Notes: generated by a model not told the origin, from the sequence alone. A stretch of DNA of 54,974 nt from Chiloscyllium plagiosum (GCF_004010195.1 NC_057750.1:10058605-10113578), one strand, 5' to 3'; counted from the first letter of the stretch, positions 10,785 through 25,110 are shown. Numbers and translations: made by a program.

Positions 10785-11000
10785 TTTCATGGAGGCGGGT
10801 ACTGCTGGCAAGGCCAGCATTTGTTGCCCACCCCCAAATGCTCTTTAAACTAACTGGCCTTTAGAGGACAACTGAGTGTTAACCCCGTGTCTGGAGTCAT
10901 GTGTAGGCCAGACTGGGTAAGGATGGAAGATTTCCTTCTGTAAAGGACGTTAAGGAACTGGATGGCTGTTCACAACAATCAATAATGGTTTGGTGCTCAC
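10785..11000 (-). mobile_element. tRNA-derived SINE with L2-like tail (shark family), 3' part
   Basis: Reverse complement of the 38012-38350 family (GGAGTCATGTGTAGGCCAGACTGGGTAAGGATGG). Confidence 0.7.
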
Positions 11001-11601
11001 CGCCTCTTTCAACTCCAAATTAGCTACAAGATTAGATTAGTTTTGAGATAAAACGACGACGATAAGAGAATTGATAGGAGTCTACACAATTACGATAGGG
11101 TTAGATAAGGTGGACAAAGAAACCAGTTCCTATTAGCTGATGCTACAACTACTTGGGGATACATGTTCAAGGTTTTGGATTGAAGGTGCAGAGGTGTCTG
11201 AGGGAAGAACCTCACTCCTTAGCAAGTGGTAATGACCTGGAACATGGTCTCCATCAGGGTGGAGGAAATGGAGAAAATCACCAATTGCAAAGAAGAACTT
11301 ATCAGATGCTTGAGAGAAATACAACTTACAGGGGTATGTGGTTAGAGCTGGAGAAAACAGAACAGCTTGCTCTAGCAAGCACCAACACAGACACATTGGG
11401 CCAAATGGTCTCCTTCTGAGCTGTAATGGCTTTATGACCAGTGGCAGTTCAGGGTGGCACCAGTCCTGCTGTCAAATGAACAAGGGAACCCTGAATGTTC
11501 AGGTACAAGGGGGAAACTACTTTGCTGGGACCGGGGTGGGGGTGCAATTGGGGAAGGATGCACTTTACAGTCTTGTCGACAGTGGGAGAGTATCGACATA
11601 C

Positions 11602-11778
11602 CTGGTGGGGTGTGAAAGAACGCACGTGTGTCAAGAGTGGCTCGCGAAGCTCTGGACACTTCTCGAAAACATTGGCGAGTTGAGCAGGTGGGAGCTGCAG
11701 GAGCACCTGGAAGGACTGAGGTTTCGTTCGCTGGCAACACTTAATGAAGCCTTCCCAGACCTTGGGGTATTTCCAAAC
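11602..11778 (-). CDS. SYMPK: Symplekin exon: [59 protein letters not shown]
   Basis: ctgcag|GTT...CAG|gtatgt; 177 nt, phase 0-0. Confidence 0.98.
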
Positions 11779-12629
11779 CTGCAGCAGCACAATCAAGAGG
11801 AAACTTATTACACAACTGAGGCAGCGGCATGGGACCACTGGATATTATAATTAGAGTTCACCAACTGCATTGCTGAGTCAGCTCCCTCCCTGTATAGATG
11901 GATTGCCAGGCTAATCATCAGCCTGCCAAACTGTATCATGAACATTCCTTGTTGTCAACGTGCCTTGGAGTGTGTCTGGAACTTAGTTACTTGTTTAGAG
12001 GACCCACTGCACTGCAAGACCTCCTCTGACAGCATAGAAACCGTGTTACACATAAAGTATCCCACTCGTCCATCAAATGCTGCAGGGTCAAGTATGGCAC
12101 AAGGAGAGGTACCAAACAGTCTAGGTGGGTGGGAGTAAAGAACTCTTTACTTTGAGCTATTATACATTTCCAGGTAAATCTGAGACAAGATTCCAGAGAT
12201 GAAATTGGAGAGGACCACCTAATCAGGCCCCAAACTTGATCTCACTGACAATTCCTATTCAGATGTCACATCATTGTAACTCGGAAATATATTGACGGCC
12301 CTTCACTGTTCAATTCCAGTCTCCTGGAGATCGCTATTTCACAGGATGATGAGAGTATTTTCATCACAACGACAGAAGTTCAGGAAGAAACTCATCTTTG
12401 AAATGATAGTAAAAACATTGGTCTCGCCATTATTACCTAAGGCTGAACTAAAAATCGCCTGCATATTAGAGTTGGTGGTAGGGAATTCTGAGGGACTGAA
12501 TTAATCCCAATTTAGCAAAGCAAGGCTTAATCCAGGATGTGATTTGGAGATGCCGGTGTTGGACTGGGGTGTACAAAGTTAAAAATCACACAACACCAGG
12601 TTATAATCCAACAGGTTTAATTGGAAGCA

Positions 12630-12664
12630 CACTAGCTTTCGGAGCGACGCTCCTTCATCAGGTG
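12630..12664 (-). ncRNA. Intact minimal hammerhead motif, sense to SYMPK pre-mRNA
   Basis: cac-CTGATGA-A-GGAGC gtc GCTCC-GAAA-GCTA-gtg; 3-bp stem I, palindromic AGCT stem III, CUA triplet. Confidence 0.75.
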
Positions 12665-13065
12665 ATAGTGGAGGGCTCAATCCTAACACACAGAATTTAT
12701 AGTAAAAAATTTACAGTGTGATGTAACTGAAATTATACATTGAAAAATTGATTATCTGTTAAGCCTTTCATCTGTTAGAATACAGTGATAGTTCTTTCAT
12801 GTGTAAATCACAAAAGCTTTTTTAAAAAGTTGCATTCTCGGGTTAGCTGTTAACAATGGTGATAGCTAGACAATATGTTGAAGGTGTTGGCCCCCTGTGT
12901 TCTCTGCCTATGCCATGGTGTTTAGATTGATTCTAATCTAAAAAGTGAGATAACGGAGTTTTACATAAATTCATGCAGTTTCGTAGCAAGCTGCCCGGCT
13001 CTCAGAACAACTCCATTCAAGCCTGTCACGGTAGACGCTGCAAGACGTGTCAGAGTGTGGACATA

Positions 13066-13646
13066 NNNNNNNNNNNNNNNNNNNNNNNNNNNNNNNNNNN
13101 NNNNNNNNNNNNNNNNNNNNNNNNNNNNNNNNNNNNNNNNNNNNNNNNNNNNNNNNNNNNNNNNNNNNNNNNNNNNNNNNNNNNNNNNNNNNNNNNNNNN
13201 NNNNNNNNNNNNNNNNNNNNNNNNNNNNNNNNNNNNNNNNNNNNNNNNNNNNNNNNNNNNNNNNNNNNNNNNNNNNNNNNNNNNNNNNNNNNNNNNNNNN
13301 NNNNNNNNNNNNNNNNNNNNNNNNNNNNNNNNNNNNNNNNNNNNNNNNNNNNNNNNNNNNNNNNNNNNNNNNNNNNNNNNNNNNNNNNNNNNNNNNNNNN
13401 NNNNNNNNNNNNNNNNNNNNNNNNNNNNNNNNNNNNNNNNNNNNNNNNNNNNNNNNNNNNNNNNNNNNNNNNNNNNNNNNNNNNNNNNNNNNNNNNNNNN
13501 NNNNNNNNNNNNNNNNNNNNNNNNNNNNNNNNNNNNNNNNNNNNNNNNNNNNNNNNNNNNNNNNNNNNNNNNNNNNNNNNNNNNNNNNNNNNNNNNNNNN
13601 NNNNNNNNNNNNNNNNNNNNNNNNNNNNNNNNNNNNNNNNNNNNNN
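13066..13646. other. Assembly gap
   Basis: N run inside an inverted-repeat Penelope-like element. Confidence 1.
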
Positions 13647-13944
13647 CCATTGTTAACAGCTAACCTGAGAATGCAACTTTTTAAAAAAAAGGTTTTGTGA
13701 TTTACACATGAAAGAACTATCACTGTATTCTAACAGATGAAAGACTTAACAGATAATCAATTTTTCAATGTATAATTTCAGTTACATCACACTATAAATT
13801 TTTGCTATAAATTCTGTGTTAGGATTGAGCCCTCCACTATCACCTGATGAAGGAGCGTCACTCCGAAAGCTAGTGTGCTTCCAATTAAACCTGTTGGACT
13901 ATAACCTGGTGTTGTGTGATTTTTAACTTAATCTAGGATAGTCA

Positions 13945-14610
13945 TTGTAGCTTTGTAAGGGGGAGATCAGGTCTAACAAATCTGATTGAATTTTTCAAAG
14001 TGTCTAGGTATGTAGATGAGGTTACTACAGTTGAGGTAGTCTATATAGACTTCATTAAGGCTTTTGACAAGATATCACCTGGAAGTCCAATTAAGCAGCA
14101 AAGAGCTGAGGTGATCCAAGGCAATTTGACAAATTCGATCTGAAATTGGCTTAGTGGCAGGAAGCAAAGGGTGATGGTGGAAGGGTGTTTTTGTGACTGG
14201 ATGTCTATGTCCAGTGGTGTACTATAGGGGTCAATGCCGAGTCCCTCGCTGTTGAGTACATTAATGATCTAGAAGTGAATGTAGGAGATATGATCTGCAA
14301 GTTTGCAGAGGACCCGATGGTGTGATAAATAGCAAGGAGGAAAGCCTTACATTATAGGAAGATACAGACGGACTGGTCAGGTGGGCTGACACGTGAATAA
14401 TGGCAAATAGAATATAATTCTGACAATTATAAGGCTATTCATTTTGGGAGGACTGAAATGGGAAGGGAGCACATGTCGAATGGTAGGACCCTCAGATGTA
14501 TCCGGCAACAGAGGGACCTTTCTGTGGATGTCCATAAATCTTTAAAGCCAGCAGAACAGGCAGATCAGGTGGTTAATGAGGCGTATGGGATACTTGCATT
14601 AGTTGAGGCA
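13945..14610 (+). mobile_element. Degenerate CR1 LINE reverse-transcriptase fragment
   Basis: Translates to VVYIDFIKAFDK...WLSGRKQRVMVEG...YINDLE...ICKFAED with stops and frameshifts. Confidence 0.85.
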
Positions 14611-15039
14611 CTGAATGCAACAGCCGGGAGTTTCCCGAGATCGGGATTTGGGATCAGGACTTCCCAAGCTGTGCTTACTAACCCACGTAAGGCTGTCAGC
14701 CAGAAGGTTGGTTGGGGTCACGAGTTCTGAAGCAGCAATGGCTGCTGAATGCAGCTCAAACTCCCTGCCACCTGATTCCCCTCTCCCCTGCATTCTCAGC
14801 CCCTCCTACACCCTCACAGGGTTTCACACACCTTCCCTATCCACCACTGTCATAAATCTCTCACCTACATACCAGTGTGATGCCCAGTATCTGTTTTGAA
14901 AACTGCAATGATTTAAAGGGGAAACACAGCTGTTAGCACTGGTCAGAGATCTACAACTGCCATTGCTGTGTGAAGTGGAGCTCTCGACCACAAAACTTCA
15001 GGTAAAAATCCCACAGGGGAATCACAAACAAAAAACAAA

Positions 15040-15517
15040 AGCAGCATTTGTGAAGAGAAATCAGTTAACGTTTCAGGTCGAGTGACTCTTCTTCGGAAGT
15101 GATGGCAGCTAAGAAATGTTGGCTTAAATGCAGAAGATAGAGTGGGGAGGGGATAAGTAGTAAACAATGTGTGGGGATAGACATCCAGAAGAGAGAGAAG
15201 AACAGTTCGACAAAGGAGTCAATAACGATCTGGCTGAAAAACTGTTAATGGAGACTATGAGTGGCTAACAACAGGTAGTGTGTAGGTAACAACAGGCAGA
15301 CTATTCAGGGCTTTCCCCCGAAACGTCGACTCTCCTGCTCCTCGGATGTTGCCTGACCTGCTGTGCTTTTCCAGCACCACTCTAATCTAGGCTCTGATCT
15401 GCAGTCCTCACTCTCACCTGGACTATGTGATAACATGCCTGACAAAGGAACATGGCTCTGAAAGCCTGTGGTTTTATATAAACCTGTTATAACCTGGTGT
15501 CATGTGACTTCTGACCT
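15040..15517. mobile_element. Nested Penelope-like fragments from three families
   Basis: Decayed hammerheads at 15064-15097 (-), about 15308-15330 (+) and 15439-15466 (+); GACTAT duplication around the inner insertion. Confidence 0.7.
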
Positions 15518-15732
15518 AGACAACGGAGAACGAGACAACTTAATCTCACCACATAGTACTGAGTATTTGCAAAAACGTAATCATTCTTCACGCATTTTTC
15601 TGGAAGCAATGTTACGTTTTAACCGCAGACTCTGTTGGCCGTGAGTTCATTGCTGTAGTTTATAGAATCTCTCTCTGAATCGATGCGGTTTACTGTTATT
15701 TATTTGCACTGGTTGATGTTAACACTCATTCA

Positions 15733-15966
<234 letters not shown>

Positions 15967-16559
15967 TTAAAAAGTCAAACCACACAAATGAATTACAAAA
16001 CAAAGTTTTGACAGTGTGCATTTATACAGTACCCTTTAACATAGCAAAACATCCTAAAGTGCTTTACAAAATATAATACTGTACCCACAATGGGATTTTA
16101 GGATTGGTGACCAAAGTTACGGATTTTAGAAGCATCTTAACAAAGTAAAAAGCCAGGGGGATTTTAGGATGGAATTTATCAATAAGGCCCAGGCCACTGA
16201 AGTCTCTGCCACCAAATGTAACTCCATAACCAACTCATAGTCATAGAAATGTACAGCACAGAAACAGACCCTTCAGTCCAACTCGTCCATGCCAACCAGA
16301 TATCCTGAATTAATCTAGATTAATCTAAAATTAATCTCAAAGCCCCGAATGAAAATTCACATTGCTACAAAATAACAAGTGTCAGTGTACGGTTAAATGA
16401 ATGAGTGAATTGAACAAAAACAAATGCCTTTGAATCATTAGCCTCTGCTATTTCTAGACTGGAGACATAATCACTGAACTATCTTTCCAAAATGAGAAGG
16501 GTTAATTGAGGGACATTAATTTTAATTACATTACTAATGGCATGAGGTCAATTGGTTAA

Positions 16560-16945
16560 AGAGTCATCCAGCACGGAAACAGACTCTTTGCTTTAACCCG
16601 TCCACGCCAACCAAGTTTCCCAACAAGTCCCACTTGCCAGCATTTGGCCTCTAACCCTCCAAACCCTTCCTATTCATATGCCCATCCAGATGCCTTTTAA
16701 ATGTTGTAACTGTACCAGCCCCTACCACTTCCTCTGGCAGCTCATTCTATACACGCATCACCCTCTGCGTGGAAAAAATTGCCCCTTAGGCCCCTTTTAA
16801 ATCTTCCCTCTCTCACCTGAAACATATGCCCTCTAGTTTTTGCAGTCCCCTACCCTGGGGAAAAGACATTTGCTATTCATCCTCTGCATGCCCCTCATGA
16901 TTTTATAAACCTCTACACGGTCACCTCTCAGCCTTCGACGCTCCA
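16560..16945 (-). mobile_element. CR1 LINE 3' fragment
   Basis: HER1-like 3' end; a shorter sibling end lies at about 16236-16320. Confidence 0.88.
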
Positions 16946-17673
16946 ACTCATCGAAATGCTTTGAAATATGAAATGAAGACATGGCAGGTCATTAAGTAAA
17001 TTTAAAATTAGGAGAAATGGTAATGTCACTGGCCAAGTAAAACCGGAGGTCAAAGCTAATAGGCTCAAATCGAACCACGGCCACTGGTCAAATTTACATT
17101 AAATAAATACATCTGCTGTGCTGGGCCACAAAGTAACCATCAATTGTAAAAAAAAAAAATCAGTTCACTCATGACTTTTAGGGAAGGAAATCTGCCAACC
17201 TGACCTGGTCTTGTCTATGTGCGTCTGCAATATGGTTGACTCTGAATTGCTCTCTCCCCCTGTAATGGCCCAGGCTAACTGAGGATGCACAACAATTGCC
17301 CAACAAGAATAGAAAAGAACAAACCAGCAGTTTTCATGGTCATATCTTTTACTGCGGACCAGATTTTATTTAAAGTCAATTTCCGATGGAGTGATGGGAT
17401 GGGGAGCAAACAGTTGCCTTGTCACGATCCCCATATTCCAAAGAACAAAGAGAAAGCTGTCCTCTCGGGATCTCTCTTCCTACAATTCTCAGACATTGAA
17501 AAGCCAAGCGTGTTATCACCGAGCCAACACCCCTCTGATTTAACTTCTTCCACGCATAACAATATCCAACCTGGATAGTTTGTAAAAGGTCTCACATTCT
17601 TTCCTAGGGCTGTGCCATCAATGGGTGATGAAGGGGGGACAGAATGAGAAGGAAATTTGTGAGTAACGATTAC

Positions 17674-17781
17674 CTTTAATTATGGACTTCATGTCACATT
17701 TGGTGGAGTCAATGTTGTGCAGAGCTATCAGCAGGTCACCTGGGGTTAGAGGGGAAATTGCTGCTGACACACCTTCACCTA
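17674..17781 (-). CDS. SYMPK: Symplekin exon: (V)[35 protein letters not shown]
   Basis: NAGNAG acceptor ctcag|tag|GT (exon edge 17781 or 17778); donor AAAG|gtaatc; phase 1-1. Confidence 0.95.
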
Positions 17782-18748
17782 CTGAGAAATGAAACCAATA
17801 TTTAACAATGAGTATGCGTTTATTTTTGTAAACTTGTAAAAATGTTAAATTTCTAATAAAAATATCTATTAAAAAAAAAACAATGAGTATGCAATATTTG
17901 TAAAACACTGAAATGTGAACCAAATCATTTCCTCACTCAGTTACATCACACTATCTCCCAGTAATGTTTCATTTCCTTTGCCTGCACACCCTCAATAATA
18001 TTACGCAGCGTGAAATTACCGACCAATCCCCTCCAGCCCCCTGCAAAGTTAATATTGCATAAAGGCACTGGGAGAGAGAGAGAGAGACAGTGTAATATTG
18101 CAGATTGGGTTCACCAGATCGATTCATGGGACAGAATTATCCGATGAGTGGAGATTGAGGAGACAGTGACTACATTTTCTAGGGCTTAGAGAATGGGAAG
18201 TGACATCACCGACATGTACAAAATTCTTAAGAGTTGGGCAAGGTAGACACAGGCATTTTGGGGGTGGTAAGGGGTGATGTCTAGAACTGGGGGTGACAAT
18301 CTCAGAGTAATAACATGATAGCAGATTGAGTCAAGAACCATTTCTTTACTCAGAGGCTACAAAGCTTTGGAATTTTCTACCCTAGGGAACTGTGAAGGCT
18401 CAGGTCATTCAACAGAGATCAATGGATTTCTAGATATCAAGGGATATAGGGACAGTGTGGGGAAAATTGGTCTGGAGGTAAATCAGCTATGGTCTAGTCA
18501 AGTGATAGAGCTGACTCGATGGGCTGAATGGCCGACTCCTGTCCCTACTGATGTTCCAATTTCCAGACCGCACAACTGAAAAGGGAACTCTTCTGGGACA
18601 GGTTATTAGTTGTTAAATATTCCAGTCTTGTTCTCAGAGTAACATTCCTGACCGATACAAGTCCTCTCCAGTATAATTCCCATGGTTGCACAAATTCCAT
18701 TCTCCCTCCCTCCCTCCTTGCCTCAGTGCGAAGTGCGGCAAGACTTAC

Positions 18749-18839
18749 CATGCGTGGTCCCCAGGAGCCGGTTAAACACCTCCTTCACCACAATGGGATT
18801 GAGTTTAATCAATTTGGGCAGGGCCTGGGTTACTTCTTT
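18749..18839 (-). CDS. SYMPK: Symplekin exon: [30 protein letters not shown]
   Basis: ccacag|AAA...CATG|gtaagt; 91 nt, phase 0-1. Confidence 0.97.
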
Positions 18840-19920
18840 CTGTGGAAGACAGCCAGTACAAGGATACTAATTATCTAGAAACGTTCTTCAGAGCCACACT
18901 ATATGAACTATACTCTCCAGTCCTGTTGCTGTCTTCAGTTTTTGACAAAGATGAGACTTTCCTTTTGTTAAGGGGTAGGGGGCTGGATTTGCTTCAGCCT
19001 CTGTTTAAGGGTTTAGTGGTTAGATACATCACATAGTGTGGCACCTCACCACAAAAACCCAGGAAGTTCCAGCTCCCAGTTAGTTAGTTAATTAGTTACT
19101 CCCAGCTGGACAGCAGCAGCACTGTCCCTATTATAGAATGGTGATGCCACACAGGCCACCTCTCCTCAATCAGTACTCAGTGCCTCCTGTCCGATAGATG
19201 CACGCGATAAGATCAAATTCACAGTGTGAGATCACCACAGGCATCAATCTGCTGACCGTGCGGGATTTGTACAGGGAGGCAGGGAGGGGGGGGGGGGGGA
19301 GGGAGAACGCCTGGAGGGTGAGAAAATAAGTGGTTGGAAAAAAAAGTCAACAAAAACCATAACCGCCACAGGACCCACACATTTAAGAAGCAGCAAACAG
19401 AACAAACAGATCAAGGATAGCGAGTCACTGTGGATCGAAGTCACCACTATCAAGTGCACAACAGCTCCACCCTCCCAGTGTCCTTGTATTTTTCATGCAG
19501 CATCCTCACTGACTGAAGAACACTCATCGCCCAACTTGTTCCATTACACCCCTGTGGGACATGGTCAGGAAGAAGGAGGCCCCAAGAATCAACCTCAACC
19601 AGACCAGGAGACTGAACCTGTGCTCTTAGCATTATTCACTCCCACCCTCCCCCGCTGCCGCCGGTGAACCAGCTAGAAGAGATCAGCAGCCCTTTCACAG
19701 GACAGTAGCCTCACGCAGCATTTGGGACAGGTGTCCAACCAGAACCACCCATTCCCTCACACTCTGTCAAGTTTGGAGACCCTCTCGGCCAGTCGAATCC
19801 CGCCATCTAACATCCCACCATGGGCAGGATTTCTCTCCTCAAGCCCCAACTCCACCAGGATGGAACCTATCCCTTCTGTACTCAGCACACCACGGCCTAC
19901 ACCTACATCAGAAGCAGTTA

Positions 19921-20061
<141 letters not shown>

Positions 20062-22059
20062 TCATTACATGACAACATGCAGGCCTCTCAACCCTGAATT
20101 CTGGTTGATGGAAGGAGATAAGAAGTATGCTGGGAAGCAAAGTAGCCCTTCATCAAAACTCTGTGCCACAGTCGGTAAGTTGACTGGCAAGGATCTTGGA
20201 ACTGTGTTACTATTGGAATAGTGGGCCGCATGTTAAAGGCTTCAAAATTCCATTGGAAACAGAATTTAAAGAGAACCTAGTTCTCTGTGGTCATAGCAAA
20301 AAAAACCCACTAAAGCTGTCAGATTCTCTCTTTTTATAGATATAGGCATCATTGGCAAGGCTGGCATCTGTTGCTTCTCCATAGCTGGCCTTGAACTGAA
20401 TGGGCTCTCTAGGCCATTGCAGGAGGTGATGAACTAAGAGTCCACTACATTTCTGTGGGTCTGGAGTCACGCGTGGGTCAGACCGGGTAAGAACAGCAGA
20501 TTTCCTCCCTTTAAAGTCAATAGTGAACCAGATGGGCTTTCGCGACAAAACCAGAAATTACAGCATCAATGAGGAGAAAGCAGAGTTACTGTTCCATCTG
20601 ATGACTCCATCACTGCACTCAATGTTAATTCTCCTATGGATGCTGCCAAACTTGTTGCATTTTGACGGCAATTTCTGTTTTTTTTTAAAAAAAGGTTTTT
20701 GGTGATAATCCACAATGGTTACACGGACACCATTAGATTAGTTTGTCTAAATTCCAGATATTTCATTGAATTCACCATTTGCATTGGTGGGATTGAACCC
20801 ATGTCCCCAAAGCATAAGCCTGGGTCTCTGGATTATTGGTTCATCAACATTATCACGCTCCCCCCAATCATCATGAAGACCCAAAATGCTTCACTAATGT
20901 CCTTCAGAGGGGAACCCTCTCCCTGGCCTAAGTGTGGCTCTATTCCCACATATAGTTGCGTTTTAGTGCTCTTAAGGGATTAGAGGTTTATCCACATCCT
21001 GAGCGTAAACAATAAATAAAACACACATTTCCTCGCCCTAAAGCATCCTTTCCTTCCAAAAACAGAAGAGGAAGATGGAATAGAATGTTTCCGCAGATTC
21101 CTCTGAACATGGCTCATCAACACCACAAACGAGGGCTGTGTACCTGGGAAATCTGACAGGGTAACAGCAGAGAGAGAGAGTTAGACCAGAGCTTGCACCA
21201 AGTTACTGCCAAGCCTTTCAGAAGTGATGTTCAAAGACTTACCCCATACAAAGATATTTGGAATTCCCTTCTGCTAACAGCTTTTGTTGTTAATTATAAA
21301 CCAGAGACTGACAATATCTTTGGCCAACAAAAGTCAAACAGTATTTAGGCACGGATTGGCCATGATCTCAAACAGCAAGTCCCCACTCAACACTGTGGGT
21401 CGTTTAAAGATATCCATTTAACATTACTAATTTCACTGCAACATCATTTTTGACACAGACTTCCTGATCTGTGGCCTGCCTGCACATGACCGTTCCCTTG
21501 GTACTTCCACTGTTACTCTCAATCCTTCTTCCTCCGCTGTAGCCCTTGGTTCCTGGTTTTGCCTCCCGCTCTTGCTCCCAGACAATGCCTCCTCCATTTG
21601 TTCCCAGCCCCAACCCGAGTCCTGGACCCCTGCTCCCCTCCTGAGTGCCTCGGGTTCTGTTTCTCTCTCTCTCTCTGCCTTGGACCTCTCTCCCATTCTG
21701 AACTCTCAAAGAAGTTCGGCCTCCATCTAGTGGCAAATGTAGGTCAGTGCAGGTAATTCTCGGCTGCACCAATGAACTTCTGATACTAAATGAAAACTGG
21801 TCAATTTAATAACTGTAGAGTGAGTATCCTGCGAATTGTATTATTTTTACATTTAGCGATGTATTTCCACGTATTTCAGCTCGGAATACCTAGTGCAATC
21901 CACGCACGGTACGGTATTTCAACTTGTACATTTGTACAGAAATGCTCAAAGGGACCCAACATCGGGACAGACATGCTGTACAACTCTATGATCCTATTAC
22001 TGTGGCTTTAATATCGCATCCTGTGGCAAACTGCGACTCACTTAAAGTCATGATTCTCA

Positions 22060-22341
<282 letters not shown>

Positions 22342-22669
22342 TTACAACACCAATGTGGAAACGCATTCCTTGTGAGTCTTTCTTTTCTTTCTGCATTACA
22401 CCATCAACTGAACTAAAGACTGCCAACCAAATCCAGGATTAGAAAAATGAGGCAGAGCCACTTGGCAGGAATTGAGCAATTTGGGAAGGGACCCAAGCTG
22501 CCTTCACGTTAACTATTCAACAAGCTATCATGTTAAAAGAAAAGGAACATCACGCTTTTGGCAACCACTCAGTATCTCAGAGCTTCATGACCAATGAAGA
22601 TGCTGTGGGTTGAAGTCCCACTCCAGACACTCGAGCACAATTGAGGCTGAAGCAATGGCAGGGGTCGGG

Positions 22670-23108
22670 GGTTATGGAAAGTTTACGTCATAAAGAAAGG
22701 CTGGGACCTCTTTCACTTGATTGTAGGAGCCTGAGAGGTGACCTTATAGAAGTTTATGAAATCAGCCAGGGTATAGACAGGGTTATTATTAGTTGTCTTT
22801 TCCGTAGTGTGGGGGATTTAAAGATTAGGGGGTACATTTTTTAAGGTGAGAGGAGCAAGATTTAAAATAGACATGAGAGATAAATTGTTTACAGAGAGGA
22901 TGGTTCGCGTATGGAATGAACTTCCTGAGGAAGTGGTTGATGAAGGTACAATTACAATGTTTAAAAGACATTTGGATAAGTACATGAATAGGAAAGGTTT
23001 CAATGATGAGGGTCAAGCACAGGCAGGTGGGACGAGCTTAGTTTGAGATTATGTTTGGCATCAACTGGTTGGGCCGAAGGTTCTGTTTCCATGACTCAGT
23101 GACTATGA
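22670..23108 (+). mobile_element. CR1 LINE 3' fragment
   Basis: LRGDLIEVYEI...RVWNELPEEVVDEGTITMFKRHLDKYM. Confidence 0.88.
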
Positions 23109-23386
23109 CAGCAAGGGAATTTTGGCCAAAATGTTTCTTTTATTCATTGGATGAGATGGTAGCCTGAGCCAGTGCAGGAACTGAAGGTGCTGTTAGCCTC
23201 CCTCGGCGTCGTAAATCAGCCAAGCGAGCTAACCAACTCAGACGGATCTATAACAACCAAGGCACTGAGGGGAACTTCCTTGCTCTTCTTTAAACGAGAC
23301 TTTCACATCCATCTGTCAGAGGTAGACCCATCTGAAATTTACCTCTGCCAGTGCAGCTCCCCCTCACAAGGTCACTGGGAATGTCA

Positions 23387-23614
<228 letters not shown>

Positions 23615-23894
23615 TCAAAGGATTTTTTTTTTTAGATTAAATTAAAAAACTTAAAATAAAAACCAGACTCCGTTCAGACATGTTCCCAACCCAGACCGCT
23701 GATCCGCACAGATAATCTACATACCACCACCTCCTCGGTCAGCTGACCAACATCCCACCTAAACCATTTCTCACTGGACATGGGTGTCACTGGACAAGGC
23801 TGGCACTTGTGCCAAGCCCTAATTGCCCTTGTGTGGCTGGCTGGGCCATTTCAAAGAGCAGTTGGCCTGGAGTCACGTGTAGGACTGACTGGGT

Positions 23895-24112
23895 TAGATT
23901 AGATTAGATTCCCTACAGTGTGAAAACAGGCCCTCGGCCCAACCAGTCCACACCGACCCTCCAAAGAGTAACCCACCCAGACCCATTTCCCTCTGACTAA
24001 TGCACCTAACACTGTGGACAATTTATCATGGCCAATTCACCTGACCTGCACATCTTTGGACTGTAGGAGAAAACTGGAGCACCTGGAGGAAACCTGCGCT
24101 GACACAGGGAAA
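23895..24112 (-). mobile_element. HE1-like SINE truncated at its 5' side by the duplicated segment
   Basis: (TAGAT)n tail, body ending abruptly at GACACAGGGA. Confidence 0.8.
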
Positions 24113-24284
24113 AGAATGATTACATTTTTGCAAATACTCAGGACTATGTGGTGAGGCTAAGTTGTCTTGATCTCTATTGTCTAGGTCAGAAGTCACACAA
24201 CACCAGGTTATAACAGGTTTATCTAACAGGCTTTCATAGCCATGTTCCTTCATCAGGCACATTATCACATAGTCTAGGTGAGAG

Positions 24285-24660
24285 TGAGGACTGCAGATGC
24301 TGAAGGTCAGAGACTAGATCAGAGCAGTGCTGGAAAAGGACAACAGGTCCGGGGAGCAGGAAAATCGATGTTTTGGGCAAAAGCCCTTCATCAGGAATGA
24401 GGCTGGGAGCCTCCAGGGTGGAGATATAAATGGGTGTGGGGGGGGAAAGAGAAGAGGTAACAGAGTGCAATAGGTGGATGGGGGTGGGGATGAAGGTGAT
24501 AGGTCGGAGAGGAGAGTGGAGCAGATAGGTAGGAATGAAGATTGGGAGGATAGGATAGGTCATGAGGATGGCGCTGAGCTGGCAGGTTGGAATTGGGGTA
24601 AGGTGGCGGGAGGGGAAATGAGGAAACTGGTGAAGTCCACATTGATGCCCTGGGGTTAAA
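24285..24660 (-). mobile_element. Penelope-like 3' end with mutated hammerhead
   Basis: Reverse strand ...PQGINVDFTSF ORF end, pyrimidine-rich UTR, CTGATGAAGGGCTTTTGCCCAAAACATCG. Confidence 0.75.
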
Positions 24661-25110
24661 TCACTCTATCCATGCACAGGGGAAATGATGACTTGAGGTA
24701 CTGTTATTTGGTGATGTTCTGGGGATGTGGGTTCATGGTAGGTGCTGGAATTTGAATTCAATAAAAATCAGGAAGTAGTGACCATGAGACAACTCCTGAC
24801 TGCCCGAAAATACTCACCGGGGGAATCCCCTGCCCCAAGTGGCATTGTGGATCAGCCCACAGCATGTGGCCTGCAGCTCATCACCACCTTCTCAAGAATG
24901 ATTTTTTTAAAAAAACCTGATTCAGGAATGTCCTTGAGGGAAAGAAACTGATGCCCTTGCCAAGTCTGAGCTACACGTGACTCCAGACCCATAGCAATGT
25001 GTTCCACCTCCTAACTGCCCTCCATCGAGCCAAGAAACAAAGCACCCTTAATGTCCCCAGCCACCTATCACACAGTCAGACAGGTGCACGGCCACGTGTA
25101 GAACTCTCAC

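Larger units (their letters stand above)
12539..13927. mobile_element. Penelope-like element: inverted pLTR + truncated GIY-YIG region + pLTR
   Basis: Inverted arms 12576-12858 vs 13647-13927; peptide RSKLPGSQNNSIQACHGRRCKTCQSVDI; hammerheads at 12630-12664 (-) and 13841-13875 (+); 13-bp duplication CTTAATC(C/T)AGGAT at 12526-12538/13927-13939. Confidence 0.85.

Noticed and set aside
19240..19460. Unique-looking intronic stretch considered as a snoRNA or miRNA
   Set aside because: No convincing C/D or H/ACA boxes with a terminal stem, and no clean hairpin.
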